52,603 nucleotides of DNA from a virus (taxonomy: Duplodnaviria; Caudoviricetes), in IMG/VR virus record IMGVR_UViG_3300012352_000629, positions 1 to 52,603 of that record. One strand, 5' to 3'. Position 1 is the stretch's first letter; every line of letters starts with the position of its first letter. Of the stretch, positions 35,919 to 44,847 are shown in pieces. Under the pieces are notes generated by a model that saw only the letters and a list, made by a program, of their open reading frames with translations, did no database searches and had not been told where the DNA came from. Made by a program: the position numbers and the translations under genes.

Positions 35919-36532
35919 TAGTGCTCAAAAAACATTCTGCCAGAAGAGACATTTCCTCTTTTAGCCCAGAAAAATACGATGTTTTTTCTTTCTCCGGACT
36001 CAACGACATTAACACCATGTCTGTGGGTGATGTCACCCTTGAATAGAACCAAGTCACCAGTCTGCGGTCTCACAGTTAGATCAAACTCCGGAAAGACTAT
36101 TTCACCGCCGGTAAAGTCTTTTCCGTAACTATTTAGATAAAGCAGCCCACTCCACTCAATTTCTTCGGGAGTGCCGTCTGGCTGTATAGGACTTCCGTCT
36201 AAATTAACCGAGTCAGCGTGCATTGGATTAGATCCGCCAGGAAGCATTAATTGATAGTTACTTTGGCATAGGTCTAGCTCTAGATGGAAAATACCCTGAG
36301 CTTTTTCTTTTATCTCACTGAACAATCTACCAAGCTCAAAATTAACTTCTTCTTTGTTCCCCAGAATGACGCCAGTCGACTCACTTACAGTTGAGGCTTC
36401 AAGAGAGTCGCTGTACCCCAAAGCATTTATGATCTCTGGTCTCTGGGTTGTTCTGGAGTGCGAATCTAGAAACTTGCAAAATCTTTCAGCAGTAGTTTCA
36501 GAAATATAGTTTTTCGTGATAGAGACGGACAT
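35918..36532 (-). CDS. 2OG-Fe(II) oxygenase (prolyl-4-hydroxylase-like)
   Basis: HAD, LYLN...GGE..F, HGV..V..G.R. Confidence 0.9.
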   Translation of the reverse strand: MSVSITKNYISETTAERFCKFLDSHSRTTQRPEIINALGYSDSLEASTVSESTGVILGNKEEVNFELGRLFSEIKEKAQGIFHLELDLCQSNYQLMLPGGSNPMHADSVNLDGSPIQPDGTPEEIEWSGLLYLNSYGKDFTGGEIVFPEFDLTVRPQTGDLVLFKGDITHRHGVNVVESGERKNIVFFWAKRGNVSSGRMFFEH

Positions 36533-36557
36533 GCTTAAATCTTACCAAAAAGACTGA

Positions 36558-36770
36558 CTACTTGTATATAACCCTAGTGACCTTGTCCCACGGGAAAAGA
36601 TTCAATCTATCAGGATCTCCACCTATCAGAAGATATAGTCCATAAGGGCGTTCATCCTGGATAACTCCATCAAACTGAAGCCCATCCTTTAACACCACGC
36701 TAGCCCACATGCCAACGGTTCCGTTATTCTCCACGAACCTCTCCGATACTGTCATCTTGAGCCTTCCCAT
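36558..36770 (-). CDS. Small Sm/SH3-like beta protein
   Basis: VVLKDG..F.G.I pattern; start may be 36755. Confidence 0.55.
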   Translation of the reverse strand: MGRLKMTVSERFVENNGTVGMWASVVLKDGLQFDGVIQDERPYGLYLLIGGDPDRLNLFPWDKVTRVIYK

Positions 36771-36912
36771 GGCACTCGCACGAGCACCTATGTCCAGTGA
36801 AAGTTACCACACATCCACCGTGATGTCCAGTCATGCACCATCCAAATGGTACAACTTTCTCCGGACCTGTTGGTACAACAATAGGTACGTCAACTTTTTT
36901 ACTTCTTGCCAC
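36724..36912 (-). CDS. Cys/His-rich hypothetical protein (FGWC.TGHH..C...CxCxCH)
   Basis: ORF. Confidence 0.7.
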   Translation of the reverse strand: MARSKKVDVPIVVPTGPEKVVPFGWCMTGHHGGCVVTFTGHRCSCECHGKAQDDSIGEVRGE

Positions 36913-37112
36913 TAGTCCTTACCCCAGTCGAGCTTTAACCACACCCGCTCGTGTAAGTAGTACAGGATGAAGTTAATCAAGTTCGATACAAATGTCAGCG
37001 AGGCAGCAAAAGTCAGGCTACCAGTCATAAGGTAGCCGATGCCAAAAGTGCTAACAATAGCGATAACTCGCCAAGTTAGTGATTTAGCTAAAGATCGTTT
37101 TTTAGTTGCCAT
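36912..37112 (-). CDS. DUF2061 membrane protein
   Basis: RSLAKSLTWR...YYLHERVW. Confidence 0.85.
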   Translation of the reverse strand: MATKKRSLAKSLTWRVIAIVSTFGIGYLMTGSLTFAASLTFVSNLINFILYYLHERVWLKLDWGKD

Positions 37113-37145
37113 GTCCCTGCCGTCGGACGAAATAAGAATATAAGA

Positions 37146-37379
37146 CTATTCTACAGGCAGTTTTTCGGCTAGCTCAAGATATGCCCAACTTAAAACTTGG
37201 ACTGCTATCTCGTCATTCTCCGCTTGCTTCTCACTCATTAGCTGACGAAAAGCATCAAAGAAGTCTTGTCTAGACTTCATTTCACCGAGCTTTACAAAAG
37301 ACTCGACTAGTAGGGAGAGTCTAGTTTCCAAGATTAAATAGTCGGAATCAAGCTCGCCAGGGAGATTACTAGCTTTCAT
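37146..37379 (-). CDS. Hypothetical protein
   Basis: ORF after GGTAAAAT. Confidence 0.7.
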   Translation of the reverse strand: MKASNLPGELDSDYLILETRLSLLVESFVKLGEMKSRQDFFDAFRQLMSEKQAENDEIAVQVLSWAYLELAEKLPVE

Positions 37380-37397
37380 TGTTTAATTTTACCAGAG

Positions 37398-37470
37398 TCC
37401 CCTATGAGAGATTCGAACTCCCGACCTTACGGGTAGAAACCGTCTGCGCTATCCACTGCGCCAATAGGGG
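37398..37470 (-). tRNA. tRNA-Arg(TCT)
   Basis: Cloverleaf CCCCTAT/ATAGGGG, anticodon loop TTTCTAC, GTTCGAATC. Confidence 0.9.
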
Positions 37471-37645
37471 TTAGGTGCTAGTCGTGCTCACCTTTTGGTT
37501 AAGGAACTATTGCCACTAGCTGTACATCCTAGTCCTCGCTTCTACACAAAGTCCATAGGTCTGAATACCTTCACTCCACGGCTGGGACAGCGTAATTTTC
37601 GGATGCACCTATCTACACATAAGTTATTCAGACTTATGCTTCGAG

Positions 37646-37719
37646 CGATCCTGACGGGACTTGAACCCGCGACCTCCGCCGTGACAGGGCGGCGCTCTAA
37701 CCAACTGAGCTACAGAATC
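37646..37719 (-). tRNA. tRNA-Asp(GTC)
   Basis: Cloverleaf, anticodon loop CTGTCAC. Confidence 0.93.
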
Positions 37720-37743
37720 TTATTTACTTATTCCATTATAGGG

Positions 37744-37816
37744 TCCCCGCCATCGGACTCGAACCGATACTGAACCGATTTTAAGTCGGGTCCCTCTGCC
37801 ATTGGGGTACACGGGG
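37744..37816 (-). tRNA. tRNA-Leu(TAA), short variable arm
   Basis: Cloverleaf, anticodon loop CTTAAAA. Confidence 0.88.
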
Positions 37817-37822
37817 TTTAGA

Positions 37823-38254
37823 TTAAAGCTGCTGTTTTCGCTTAAGATCTCTTGCAGCCTGGTACTGAGATTTTTTATTTCTCATATACTCGGCCTTTTT
37901 TAATTTACATGGCTCGCACTTGCAGTTTCTTTTACCGCTGTTACCGCCGCCATGTTCAACATTTTTCATATCTCCGGCTTCTCGGCTTTTTTCTAAGTGA
38001 CACTCTTTGCAGAGAAGCTGACATTTATCTATCTCTAGTTTTAGCTCTTCATAGTTCATCGAAACCATGCGCTTAGCTATCTCAAAAGATTTAGAAAGCC
38101 TATCTATGTGATCAAACTCCAGACTTTGATCAGTCCCGCAACGGACGCAAGATCCTCCTAAATACTCTATAAATTCTGATCTTCTAGTTTGATACTTATT
38201 AACCAGGTGCACTCTCGTGTACTCATTGTATTTATCTTTATCTGAAATGGGCAT
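37823..38254 (-). CDS. HNH endonuclease within the tRNA cluster
   Basis: CVRCG...LEFDHID...KCQLLCKECH. Confidence 0.9.
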   Translation of the reverse strand: MPISDKDKYNEYTRVHLVNKYQTRRSEFIEYLGGSCVRCGTDQSLEFDHIDRLSKSFEIAKRMVSMNYEELKLEIDKCQLLCKECHLEKSREAGDMKNVEHGGGNSGKRNCKCEPCKLKKAEYMRNKKSQYQAARDLKRKQQL

Positions 38255-38289
38255 GCGTCTATAGTATCTTTTGTAATTAATTTGTCAAG

Positions 38290-38363
38290 TCGAGACTGTG
38301 GGACTTGAACCCACGACCGACGGATTATGAGTCCGCTGCTCTAACCGGCTGAGCTAAGTCTCG
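38290..38363 (-). tRNA. tRNA-CAT (elongator Met or Ile2)
   Basis: Cloverleaf, anticodon loop CTCATAA. Confidence 0.9.
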
Positions 38364-38367
38364 TAAA

Positions 38368-38449
38368 ATGAGCTACCTGGATTCGAACCAAGATTTCAGA
38401 TTATGTCCTGCATTCAGACCTCTGCGTACTGCCGTTGTACTATAGCTCC
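38368..38449 (-). ncRNA. tRNA-like element with an expanded anticodon arm
   Basis: Acceptor, D and T arms intact; about 20 nt in place of the 7-nt anticodon loop. Confidence 0.65.
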
Positions 38450-38495
38450 AGGTTCAGCTTGTCTCAGATGCCTCCGAGATAGTTCCTCTGCCTGT

Positions 38496-38570
<75 letters not shown>

Positions 38571-38571
38571 G

Positions 38572-38647
38572 TGGTAGTCCCAACGGGATTCGAACCCGTG
38601 CTACTGCCGTGAAAGGGCAGCGTCCTAGGCCACTAAACGATGGGACC
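38572..38647 (-). tRNA. tRNA-Glu(TTC), encoded CCA
   Basis: Cloverleaf, anticodon loop CTTTCAC. Confidence 0.95.
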
Positions 38648-38655
38648 AGAGTTGC

Positions 38656-39324
38656 TTAACGAAGTTCGTAAGCAATTCCTTTGTGATGCTTAACTTTAAC
38701 GGTTGGATCAACGTATGTCAAAATTCCGTTTCGTCTTGCATTCACACAAAAAGAATAATCCTCTCCAATGTTTAAGTCAAATTCAAGATGATCCCAGCGA
38801 ATTCTTTCCATCAAGAACCAAGGTCGATCGCACTTCTCGAATACTCCACTTTTCATTGCGACGAATCCAAAACCAATGCCATAACATTCCTGAGGCTCAG
38901 GGTCTAACATAATAAAGTCTTGTTCACGAACTATGGTTGGCTGATCTGCGCCATCAAAGAACGCTACTGCAACTCGACCATCTGGAGCTGTTTGATATAG
39001 ACCACCAACAATCTCTAGGTCACTTTCATAAATAGTTGCAAAAGCTTCGACAGTCCACTCTATGTCAGAGTCAATCCAAAAGATTTTTCCGTAGGTGTAC
39101 TCTCCACCGCCAACTTCGCGAGTCTCCCAGTTTGGCTTGTAGGAGTCCAAGGCAGTCATCTCTCTAGTACTAGATATCAACGAGCCTTGCTTATTCAAAA
39201 ACTTATAGGTTAGGCCTTTGGATTCTAGCCACGTAATTGTCTCTACCAAGCTTGAAACATACTCGGCATGTAGCATTTTGCCGGGGGTAGCTATCAATAC
39301 GTCATAGTGAGGCTTATCTATCAT
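38656..39324 (-). CDS. GT-A fold glycosyltransferase (family 2-like)
   Basis: WIDSDI DxD motif, GFGF, GEDYSFC. Confidence 0.85.
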   Translation of the reverse strand: MIDKPHYDVLIATPGKMLHAEYVSSLVETITWLESKGLTYKFLNKQGSLISSTREMTALDSYKPNWETREVGGGEYTYGKIFWIDSDIEWTVEAFATIYESDLEIVGGLYQTAPDGRVAVAFFDGADQPTIVREQDFIMLDPEPQECYGIGFGFVAMKSGVFEKCDRPWFLMERIRWDHLEFDLNIGEDYSFCVNARRNGILTYVDPTVKVKHHKGIAYELR

Positions 39325-39836
39325 TACGCACCTTTTGTTCTAGTTTTCAGCCATGAAACTAATTCTTCCATAGGTTTCAGATATTCACGGTTAACTGTGA
39401 GCCAAGTTTCGAAGATGCCTCGTACTCGGTCATATTTACTTTCTGACCCCCAGCTAGCAGAGGTGCTGACAGGCACTACTAACATAGATGAAGTTTTCTG
39501 GCTAACTAAGACGACAGCAAGTGGCTTCTCTTTTTTCTTGTTCCAACCGTCTAAGGTGTCGACAAAAGCGGAGTCATATGGGTAGCTTTCCATGGAGTCC
39601 CCGAAAGAAAGATTTCTAGATTTGACCTCTAAGTGACCAGACATATCAGTAAAAACAATGTCTTTCTCGTTCTCCGAGAATGAAGATATCTCTGATATGT
39701 GGGATCTAACTTTGCCTTCAGGCGTGTAGCAGGGAACCCCCACGGAGTTCAAATGGGAAGCCACGAAGTTTGCCCACTTATTTCCAGTTGCTAGCTCTTT
39801 AAAGAAGAGCTCGTCATTTTGAATCCAAGATGTCAT
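39324..39836 (-). CDS. PD-(D/E)xK nuclease-like protein
   Basis: DIVF...LEVKSR. Confidence 0.6.
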   Translation of the reverse strand: MTSWIQNDELFFKELATGNKWANFVASHLNSVGVPCYTPEGKVRSHISEISSFSENEKDIVFTDMSGHLEVKSRNLSFGDSMESYPYDSAFVDTLDGWNKKKEKPLAVVLVSQKTSSMLVVPVSTSASWGSESKYDRVRGIFETWLTVNREYLKPMEELVSWLKTRTKGA

Positions 39837-39877
39837 TTTTATCCAGTCTGTAGTTAAGACTGATCTTAGATTATTTT

Positions 39878-40717
39878 CTAGCTTTCAGCAAGACCTAGGG
39901 TCTTTAGCTCATTGCTGTCTGGAGAAATCTCGTGTCTTCTGGTGAAAAATCCAGAGAACTCTCGCTCTCCTTTATAAAATCCACCGGTAACTGCGTGATA
40001 CATTCTGAAAATGTCAGCAATAATTACGTCGTTTTGCTTCCATTTTTGTACGATCCTGAGGTCCGTGCTGTTGTAGACAATGTTCTCAACTTCAGTCATT
40101 ATCCTTAGAAACAACAAAGCTTCATCCACCGATGGTTCTCGTCCCTCATATGTATAGAGATAAGTAGGGAATGGTCTAGATACGTCTACATCCAACCTGA
40201 TTACTGGTTCTTTAGTGTAGAAGTGTCTCTCGACTGCAGGCGTAACAAATGGCCCGGTACCGTCAAACTGATCCCAGCAAACTACCGACTTGTCCAAAAA
40301 CTCCTGCCAATCTTTTGACAGAGAGTTGTAGATAGATCTTCCATCCATGAAGTATGTCATGCCAGACCCATGAGCCGCAGAGAATGTGTGCATGTTCCAT
40401 ATGCCAGCCCAGATCGGGTTTACATACTCCACATGCTCCATGTGCCAAGGTAGGAAGACTTCATCTGGTCGTCTGTCCCAAGTGACTTCTTGCTCGTGAT
40501 TGCAGGTGTAAAAATCGACCTTAGTCTCGTGGGAGTTATTAGGCCACCAACCCAAATCATCGCCCAATTCCCGTATAAGCCAGTCCTGATCAGCGTACTC
40601 GAACTTAAAGTCAGAGATGACTAAAATACCGTCAGATAGAAAAGAATCTAAAATCTCTTCTTTTATATTTAATATGTCTTCTCTACTGGAGACACTGAAA
40701 GATTTAGGAACGAGCAT
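39878..40717 (-). CDS. TauD/TfdA-like Fe(II)/2OG dioxygenase
   Basis: WHxE, G.T.F.D, W...D..I.D....HA..G. Confidence 0.8.
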   Translation of the reverse strand: MLVPKSFSVSSREDILNIKEEILDSFLSDGILVISDFKFEYADQDWLIRELGDDLGWWPNNSHETKVDFYTCNHEQEVTWDRRPDEVFLPWHMEHVEYVNPIWAGIWNMHTFSAAHGSGMTYFMDGRSIYNSLSKDWQEFLDKSVVCWDQFDGTGPFVTPAVERHFYTKEPVIRLDVDVSRPFPTYLYTYEGREPSVDEALLFLRIMTEVENIVYNSTDLRIVQKWKQNDVIIADIFRMYHAVTGGFYKGEREFSGFFTRRHEISPDSNELKTLGLAES

Positions 40718-40804
40718 TTAATAAATAAACTTGTCTTTTTCGTTCTTCTTAGGCGGAAAAATAAACGACTTCACTTTCAAGTAAATTCGCTCTAAGTAGT
40801 ACAT
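40718..40804 (-). CDS. 28-aa peptide ending in FIY, downstream of the carbamoyltransferase
   Basis: Hand translation MYYLERIYLKVKSFIFPPKKNEKDKFIY. Confidence 0.5.
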   Translation of the reverse strand: MYYLERIYLKVKSFIFPPKKNEKDKFIY

Positions 40805-40809
40805 AAAAC

Positions 40810-42246
40810 TCATCTAATTACTCCTTTTTTGTAGAATCTCTCCCACGCATCGACATCGGCCTCATCGTTAAGTATCGGCTGACCCTTAATGTTTAAGCTG
40901 GTATTTAATAGTACAGGAACGCCAGTGAGCTCATACCATCGCTTTAGGACTGCATACAGCCCTGGGTGCTGCTTCTCATTTACAGTTTGCACTCTAGATG
41001 TGCCATCAGCGTGGACAACACTAGGGATTAGTTCTGGCTTAAGGCACTTAGGCGTGAACTGCATATACGGCGACGCATAGTTCATATCGAACCACTCGCT
41101 CGCATGCTCTTCCATAACTACAGGAGCAAATGGTCTAAACAACTCTCGCTGCTTAATCTTGTTTACTTTTTCCTTAATATTAGGATCGCGAGGATCAGCA
41201 AGAATACTGCGGTTCCCCAATGCTCTTGGCCCATACTCGGCCCTTCCTGTCGCTACTGGAGCGATCTTATCTTCAATAAGGGCGTTCACAATCTTGTCTA
41301 CAGGGTACTCACCCGAGATATTAGTTCCAAGATACGGTCCAGCCCAGTCAAGCTTTCTCTCGTAAAAAGCTGCCGCTGCACCTAGAGATGATCCAGCATC
41401 TCCAGGGTTTGGCATAATCCACACATCATCAAACAAATCCCAAAGCTCAGTGTTAGCTTTACTATTTAATGCACATCCACCCATGAAGACCAAGTTTTTC
41501 TTGCCAGTCTTCTTTTTTGCATAGAGCATGAACTCTCGAAGGCGTAGCTCATAAACCTTCTGGGCTGCAGCAGCAATATCAAATCGATCTTGTTCTGTTA
41601 TCTCCTGGCCCCAGTTACCTATGCCTTTATGGAAGTTGTAGGTTTGATAGTCAAAGCTAGGAAAGTAGTGAAGAACTTTGTAGTAGTACTTAGTCCAGTC
41701 GCCATAGGCGGCCATCCCCATCATGATGTACTCTTCTTCATTTGGTTTAAGTCCAATCAAATGAGTGAAGCCAGAGTAGAACAGTCCATAGCTGAATGGG
41801 TACTTCCAGCGCTTAACTTGCTTAAGGTCGTCGCCTTCACCAACCCAGATAGAGCTAGTGGTAAATTCACCTATAGCATCTAAGACAACAACTACAGCAT
41901 CATCAAACGGCGATGTGTAGTAGCCAGCGGAAGCATGCGAGTGGTGGTGATAGGCAACATAAGTTGGAATGCCTTTAAGTTCAGGCATGCTTTTGTAGAA
42001 TGGTTTGCCGCCACCCAAACCACCGCGTGAAAGAATTCGCCACTTCTTTAGCCAGCGGTCTTCGTAGTAAGCGATTTTGTCTGGTCTACCGTAGGACAGC
42101 GCCTCAAGAATTAGTTCGCGATTGGTGTACCAGTCGTTCTTCTTTTTAGAGTAACGCTCAGCATGAGCAGCAAAGAGGACTTTACCGTCTTCTATGACGC
42201 AAACAGCAGCATCATGCGTAGTCTCATTTATACCAAGAATTCTCAT
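40810..42246 (-). CDS. Carbamoyltransferase (NodU/CmcH family)
   Basis: HDAA, ER.S..K, HHxSHA, GGCALN, PGDAG, EYGPRALGNRS, RPFAP, LNTS.N. Confidence 0.95.
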   Translation of the reverse strand: MRILGINETTHDAAVCVIEDGKVLFAAHAERYSKKKNDWYTNRELILEALSYGRPDKIAYYEDRWLKKWRILSRGGLGGGKPFYKSMPELKGIPTYVAYHHHSHASAGYYTSPFDDAVVVVLDAIGEFTTSSIWVGEGDDLKQVKRWKYPFSYGLFYSGFTHLIGLKPNEEEYIMMGMAAYGDWTKYYYKVLHYFPSFDYQTYNFHKGIGNWGQEITEQDRFDIAAAAQKVYELRLREFMLYAKKKTGKKNLVFMGGCALNSKANTELWDLFDDVWIMPNPGDAGSSLGAAAAFYERKLDWAGPYLGTNISGEYPVDKIVNALIEDKIAPVATGRAEYGPRALGNRSILADPRDPNIKEKVNKIKQRELFRPFAPVVMEEHASEWFDMNYASPYMQFTPKCLKPELIPSVVHADGTSRVQTVNEKQHPGLYAVLKRWYELTGVPVLLNTSLNIKGQPILNDEADVDAWERFYKKGVIR

Positions 42247-42255
42247 GGTACAAGT

Positions 42256-43839
42256 CTACATTCCTTGATACCCGACGATCCCGATGACTTTTTTAGAGCC
42301 GTCAGACAGAGTCACACTGACTTTAAGTAAGTATTGAACAGTAAGGCCGGCAACAAACTTAATACTTGTACCAGCAGTAGATCTGAGCAACAACCAACTT
42401 TCACCGTTAGTATTCGAGATCTCTACATCGTATTTTGTTGCGCCAGTAACAGAAGTCCAAGTGATGTCACCGACACTAGACCCAGCACCACCCCGCTGTG
42501 TAGCAACTACAGAACTACTAGTTGGAGGAGCTATTTGAACTGGAGGTGTTATCAGATTTGCAGCTGATGCGCCAGAGTTACGGATACCATCAGTAGCTGG
42601 TCCAAATCCTTTAGGGGTCTTAGCCAAAACTCTGTATATAGAAGAGTCACTGGTACTTCCTCTAGGTAGGGCATACATTAGATTGCCAGTTTCAGCTATG
42701 GTCACCCACTTGTCAGATAGATACTGCTGAACTATGTAAGTAACTCTTGCATAACTTGACGAGTAGGTAGGTCTAGTCCACGTTAGTTTGTTGTACTTGA
42801 TTGTAAATTTACCCGGAGACGAGATGCTTTTATCGATAGCCAAGGTGACAACAGGCGATTCTGGAAGTGGAGACACCGGAATTACGATTGGCGTGTCGGC
42901 AATAACCTTTGCCACATTAAGAAGATCACTAGTTCTAGACCTAGAGTCTGAAACTACAGACTTCTGCGAGAAAGAAGTTATGGCATTTAGTGCACCAGAA
43001 TAGTTAGATACGTACCCGGCGGACACGTAGGTGGCCACTGCTCCAGAAACAAAAGCAGCTGCCTGAGAGGTACCGCTTTTCTGCGAGAACCGTCCGCCCA
43101 TCGCACTGGAAGTTATCTTAGATCCCGGTGCAAAGATATCAATACAATCTCCCCAGTTGGAGAATGGTGACCTAGCATCTTGTTCGTTTACAGATCCAAC
43201 GCTAATAACTCCGGGAGTACTTGCAGGAGAGAATGTACAAGCATCTAGCGTGGAGTTTCCCGCAGCTGTAATTACTACCATTCCAGCTTCTACTAGTTTA
43301 GAAGTAGCGGCGTTTACTGCAGCATCTTTCGGCCCACCGAGACTCATGTTGATAATGGCAGGTTGACCTAGCGGGTGGTTACGCAGAATCCAATTAATGC
43401 CTGCAGTAAGTGTCGAGGTAGTTCCCTGACCAGAGCAGTTCAACACCCTAACCGGAACTATAGTTGCAGCCTTTGCCACACCGTAAATGGAGCCACCGAC
43501 AATCCCGGCAATGTGAGTGCCATGTCCGTTACAGTCTGCTTGATCTAAGTTTTGATTGAAAGCATCAAAGCCGTCTAGTACTCGTCCGGAGAAATCAGAA
43601 TGAGTAGCGTCTACTCCCGTGTCTACAATGTAGATGCGTACGCCAACGCCATCACTTAAGTATTCATAGGAACCATTAGCGGTTCCGTCTATTCTGTCTA
43701 GCCCCCAGGTTGGTCCAGATTGGACCTCCATAGTGGTATATATGTTCTCGCTGTAGGCAGTAGTCACTGGACCGCCACTTATGGCAGTTCCGACTAATAG
43801 AGCTGAAACACCTACAATGCTGCATATTTTTCTAATCAT
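42256..43839 (-). CDS. Secreted S8 subtilisin-like protease (aqualysin/proteinase K type) with C-terminal FN3-like region
   Basis: VDTG, HGTH, AAGN, SGTSQA; signal peptide. Confidence 0.93.
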   Translation of the reverse strand: MIRKICSIVGVSALLVGTAISGGPVTTAYSENIYTTMEVQSGPTWGLDRIDGTANGSYEYLSDGVGVRIYIVDTGVDATHSDFSGRVLDGFDAFNQNLDQADCNGHGTHIAGIVGGSIYGVAKAATIVPVRVLNCSGQGTTSTLTAGINWILRNHPLGQPAIINMSLGGPKDAAVNAATSKLVEAGMVVITAAGNSTLDACTFSPASTPGVISVGSVNEQDARSPFSNWGDCIDIFAPGSKITSSAMGGRFSQKSGTSQAAAFVSGAVATYVSAGYVSNYSGALNAITSFSQKSVVSDSRSRTSDLLNVAKVIADTPIVIPVSPLPESPVVTLAIDKSISSPGKFTIKYNKLTWTRPTYSSSYARVTYIVQQYLSDKWVTIAETGNLMYALPRGSTSDSSIYRVLAKTPKGFGPATDGIRNSGASAANLITPPVQIAPPTSSSVVATQRGGAGSSVGDITWTSVTGATKYDVEISNTNGESWLLLRSTAGTSIKFVAGLTVQYLLKVSVTLSDGSKKVIGIVGYQGM

Positions 43840-43877
43840 GCTTAGAAACTAGCACACAATTAGCTATTACGCAAGAA

Positions 43878-44831
43878 CTAGATACAACCTAATTCTTTAA
43901 GCTTTTGGTGGAACCTTTCGGCAACATGTATGTTGGCATGGTAGCCCATATGCGATGTTCCATAGATGTTGCCATCTGCAGCATAGTCGAAGAGGTCTCC
44001 GGCTTCACCCCTATACTCCTCGTGGCATCCTTGCTGAAGATCTATATGGGTGGCATCAAACATCGGGACATACGATAACTTGTCGATAGGGATACTTTTG
44101 TAGAAATCATTGAAGATTATGTCTTCAAATAGGTAGGAGCTATGCTCATGCCACGAGCCCCAGACGAGGTGTATATTTACATCTTTACAGTAGTCAACTA
44201 GTCGCTGAATAGCGTAGATTGCGTCTGCAATAGGGAACTCGTAAGGGAGAACTTCCTTTAAATTATGAGGAGTTTTAGAGTACTTAGGGACAATTCGGTC
44301 CAGCTCTAGGGATGTTCTCAATATCCCAGCGGAAGCACCAGCCATATCCGGGCGCGTGCCCTCCGCCCAAGGTACCGCAACGTCGGTGTTATACGGGATA
44401 GCTAGCCTATACGGGTCAGGTAGCATTACTGCTATGACCTTAGGCTGACCATATCGTCTAATGTAGTTGAAGATATTTAATACTATTGTCCCGATCGACC
44501 AGCCAGAGAATGAAAGATTTACATTCCTTTCAGTGCCAAGCTTGCTAGCCAGTAGGTTCCCCCACATATGTTCTTCAAGAATCCCCTCGCCAAAAGTCTG
44601 GGAGCAGCCAGCAACTAATAAATCCGGGTTATCTAGAAATTCTCTAGATCGGTATCCCATGGAGTTGACGTTGTAGCTTTTAACTAATGGGTGGTCAAAT
44701 GCCAAATTATCTTTACGAACACCGGCACTGTTATCTTCTAGGTCAAATCTATTCCAAAAGTTACCCTGTAAGTACTTACCTTTAAACAGGTGCCATATAT
44801 TATGAAACTCTCGTGAGTAGATTTCTTCCAT
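43878..44831 (-). CDS. SGNH-like protein, paralog 1
   Basis: NSxGYRS.EF, GCSQTFG.G, NLS..G.S, C-terminal H.G...N. Confidence 0.75.
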   Translation of the reverse strand: MEEIYSREFHNIWHLFKGKYLQGNFWNRFDLEDNSAGVRKDNLAFDHPLVKSYNVNSMGYRSREFLDNPDLLVAGCSQTFGEGILEEHMWGNLLASKLGTERNVNLSFSGWSIGTIVLNIFNYIRRYGQPKVIAVMLPDPYRLAIPYNTDVAVPWAEGTRPDMAGASAGILRTSLELDRIVPKYSKTPHNLKEVLPYEFPIADAIYAIQRLVDYCKDVNIHLVWGSWHEHSSYLFEDIIFNDFYKSIPIDKLSYVPMFDATHIDLQQGCHEEYRGEAGDLFDYAADGNIYGTSHMGYHANIHVAERFHQKLKELGCI

Positions 44832-44847
44832 TTGCTCTGGAGTGAAG

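Noticed and set aside
37495-37773. 92-aa plus-strand ORF
   Set aside because: It is antisense to tRNA-Asp and tRNA-Leu, so spurious.
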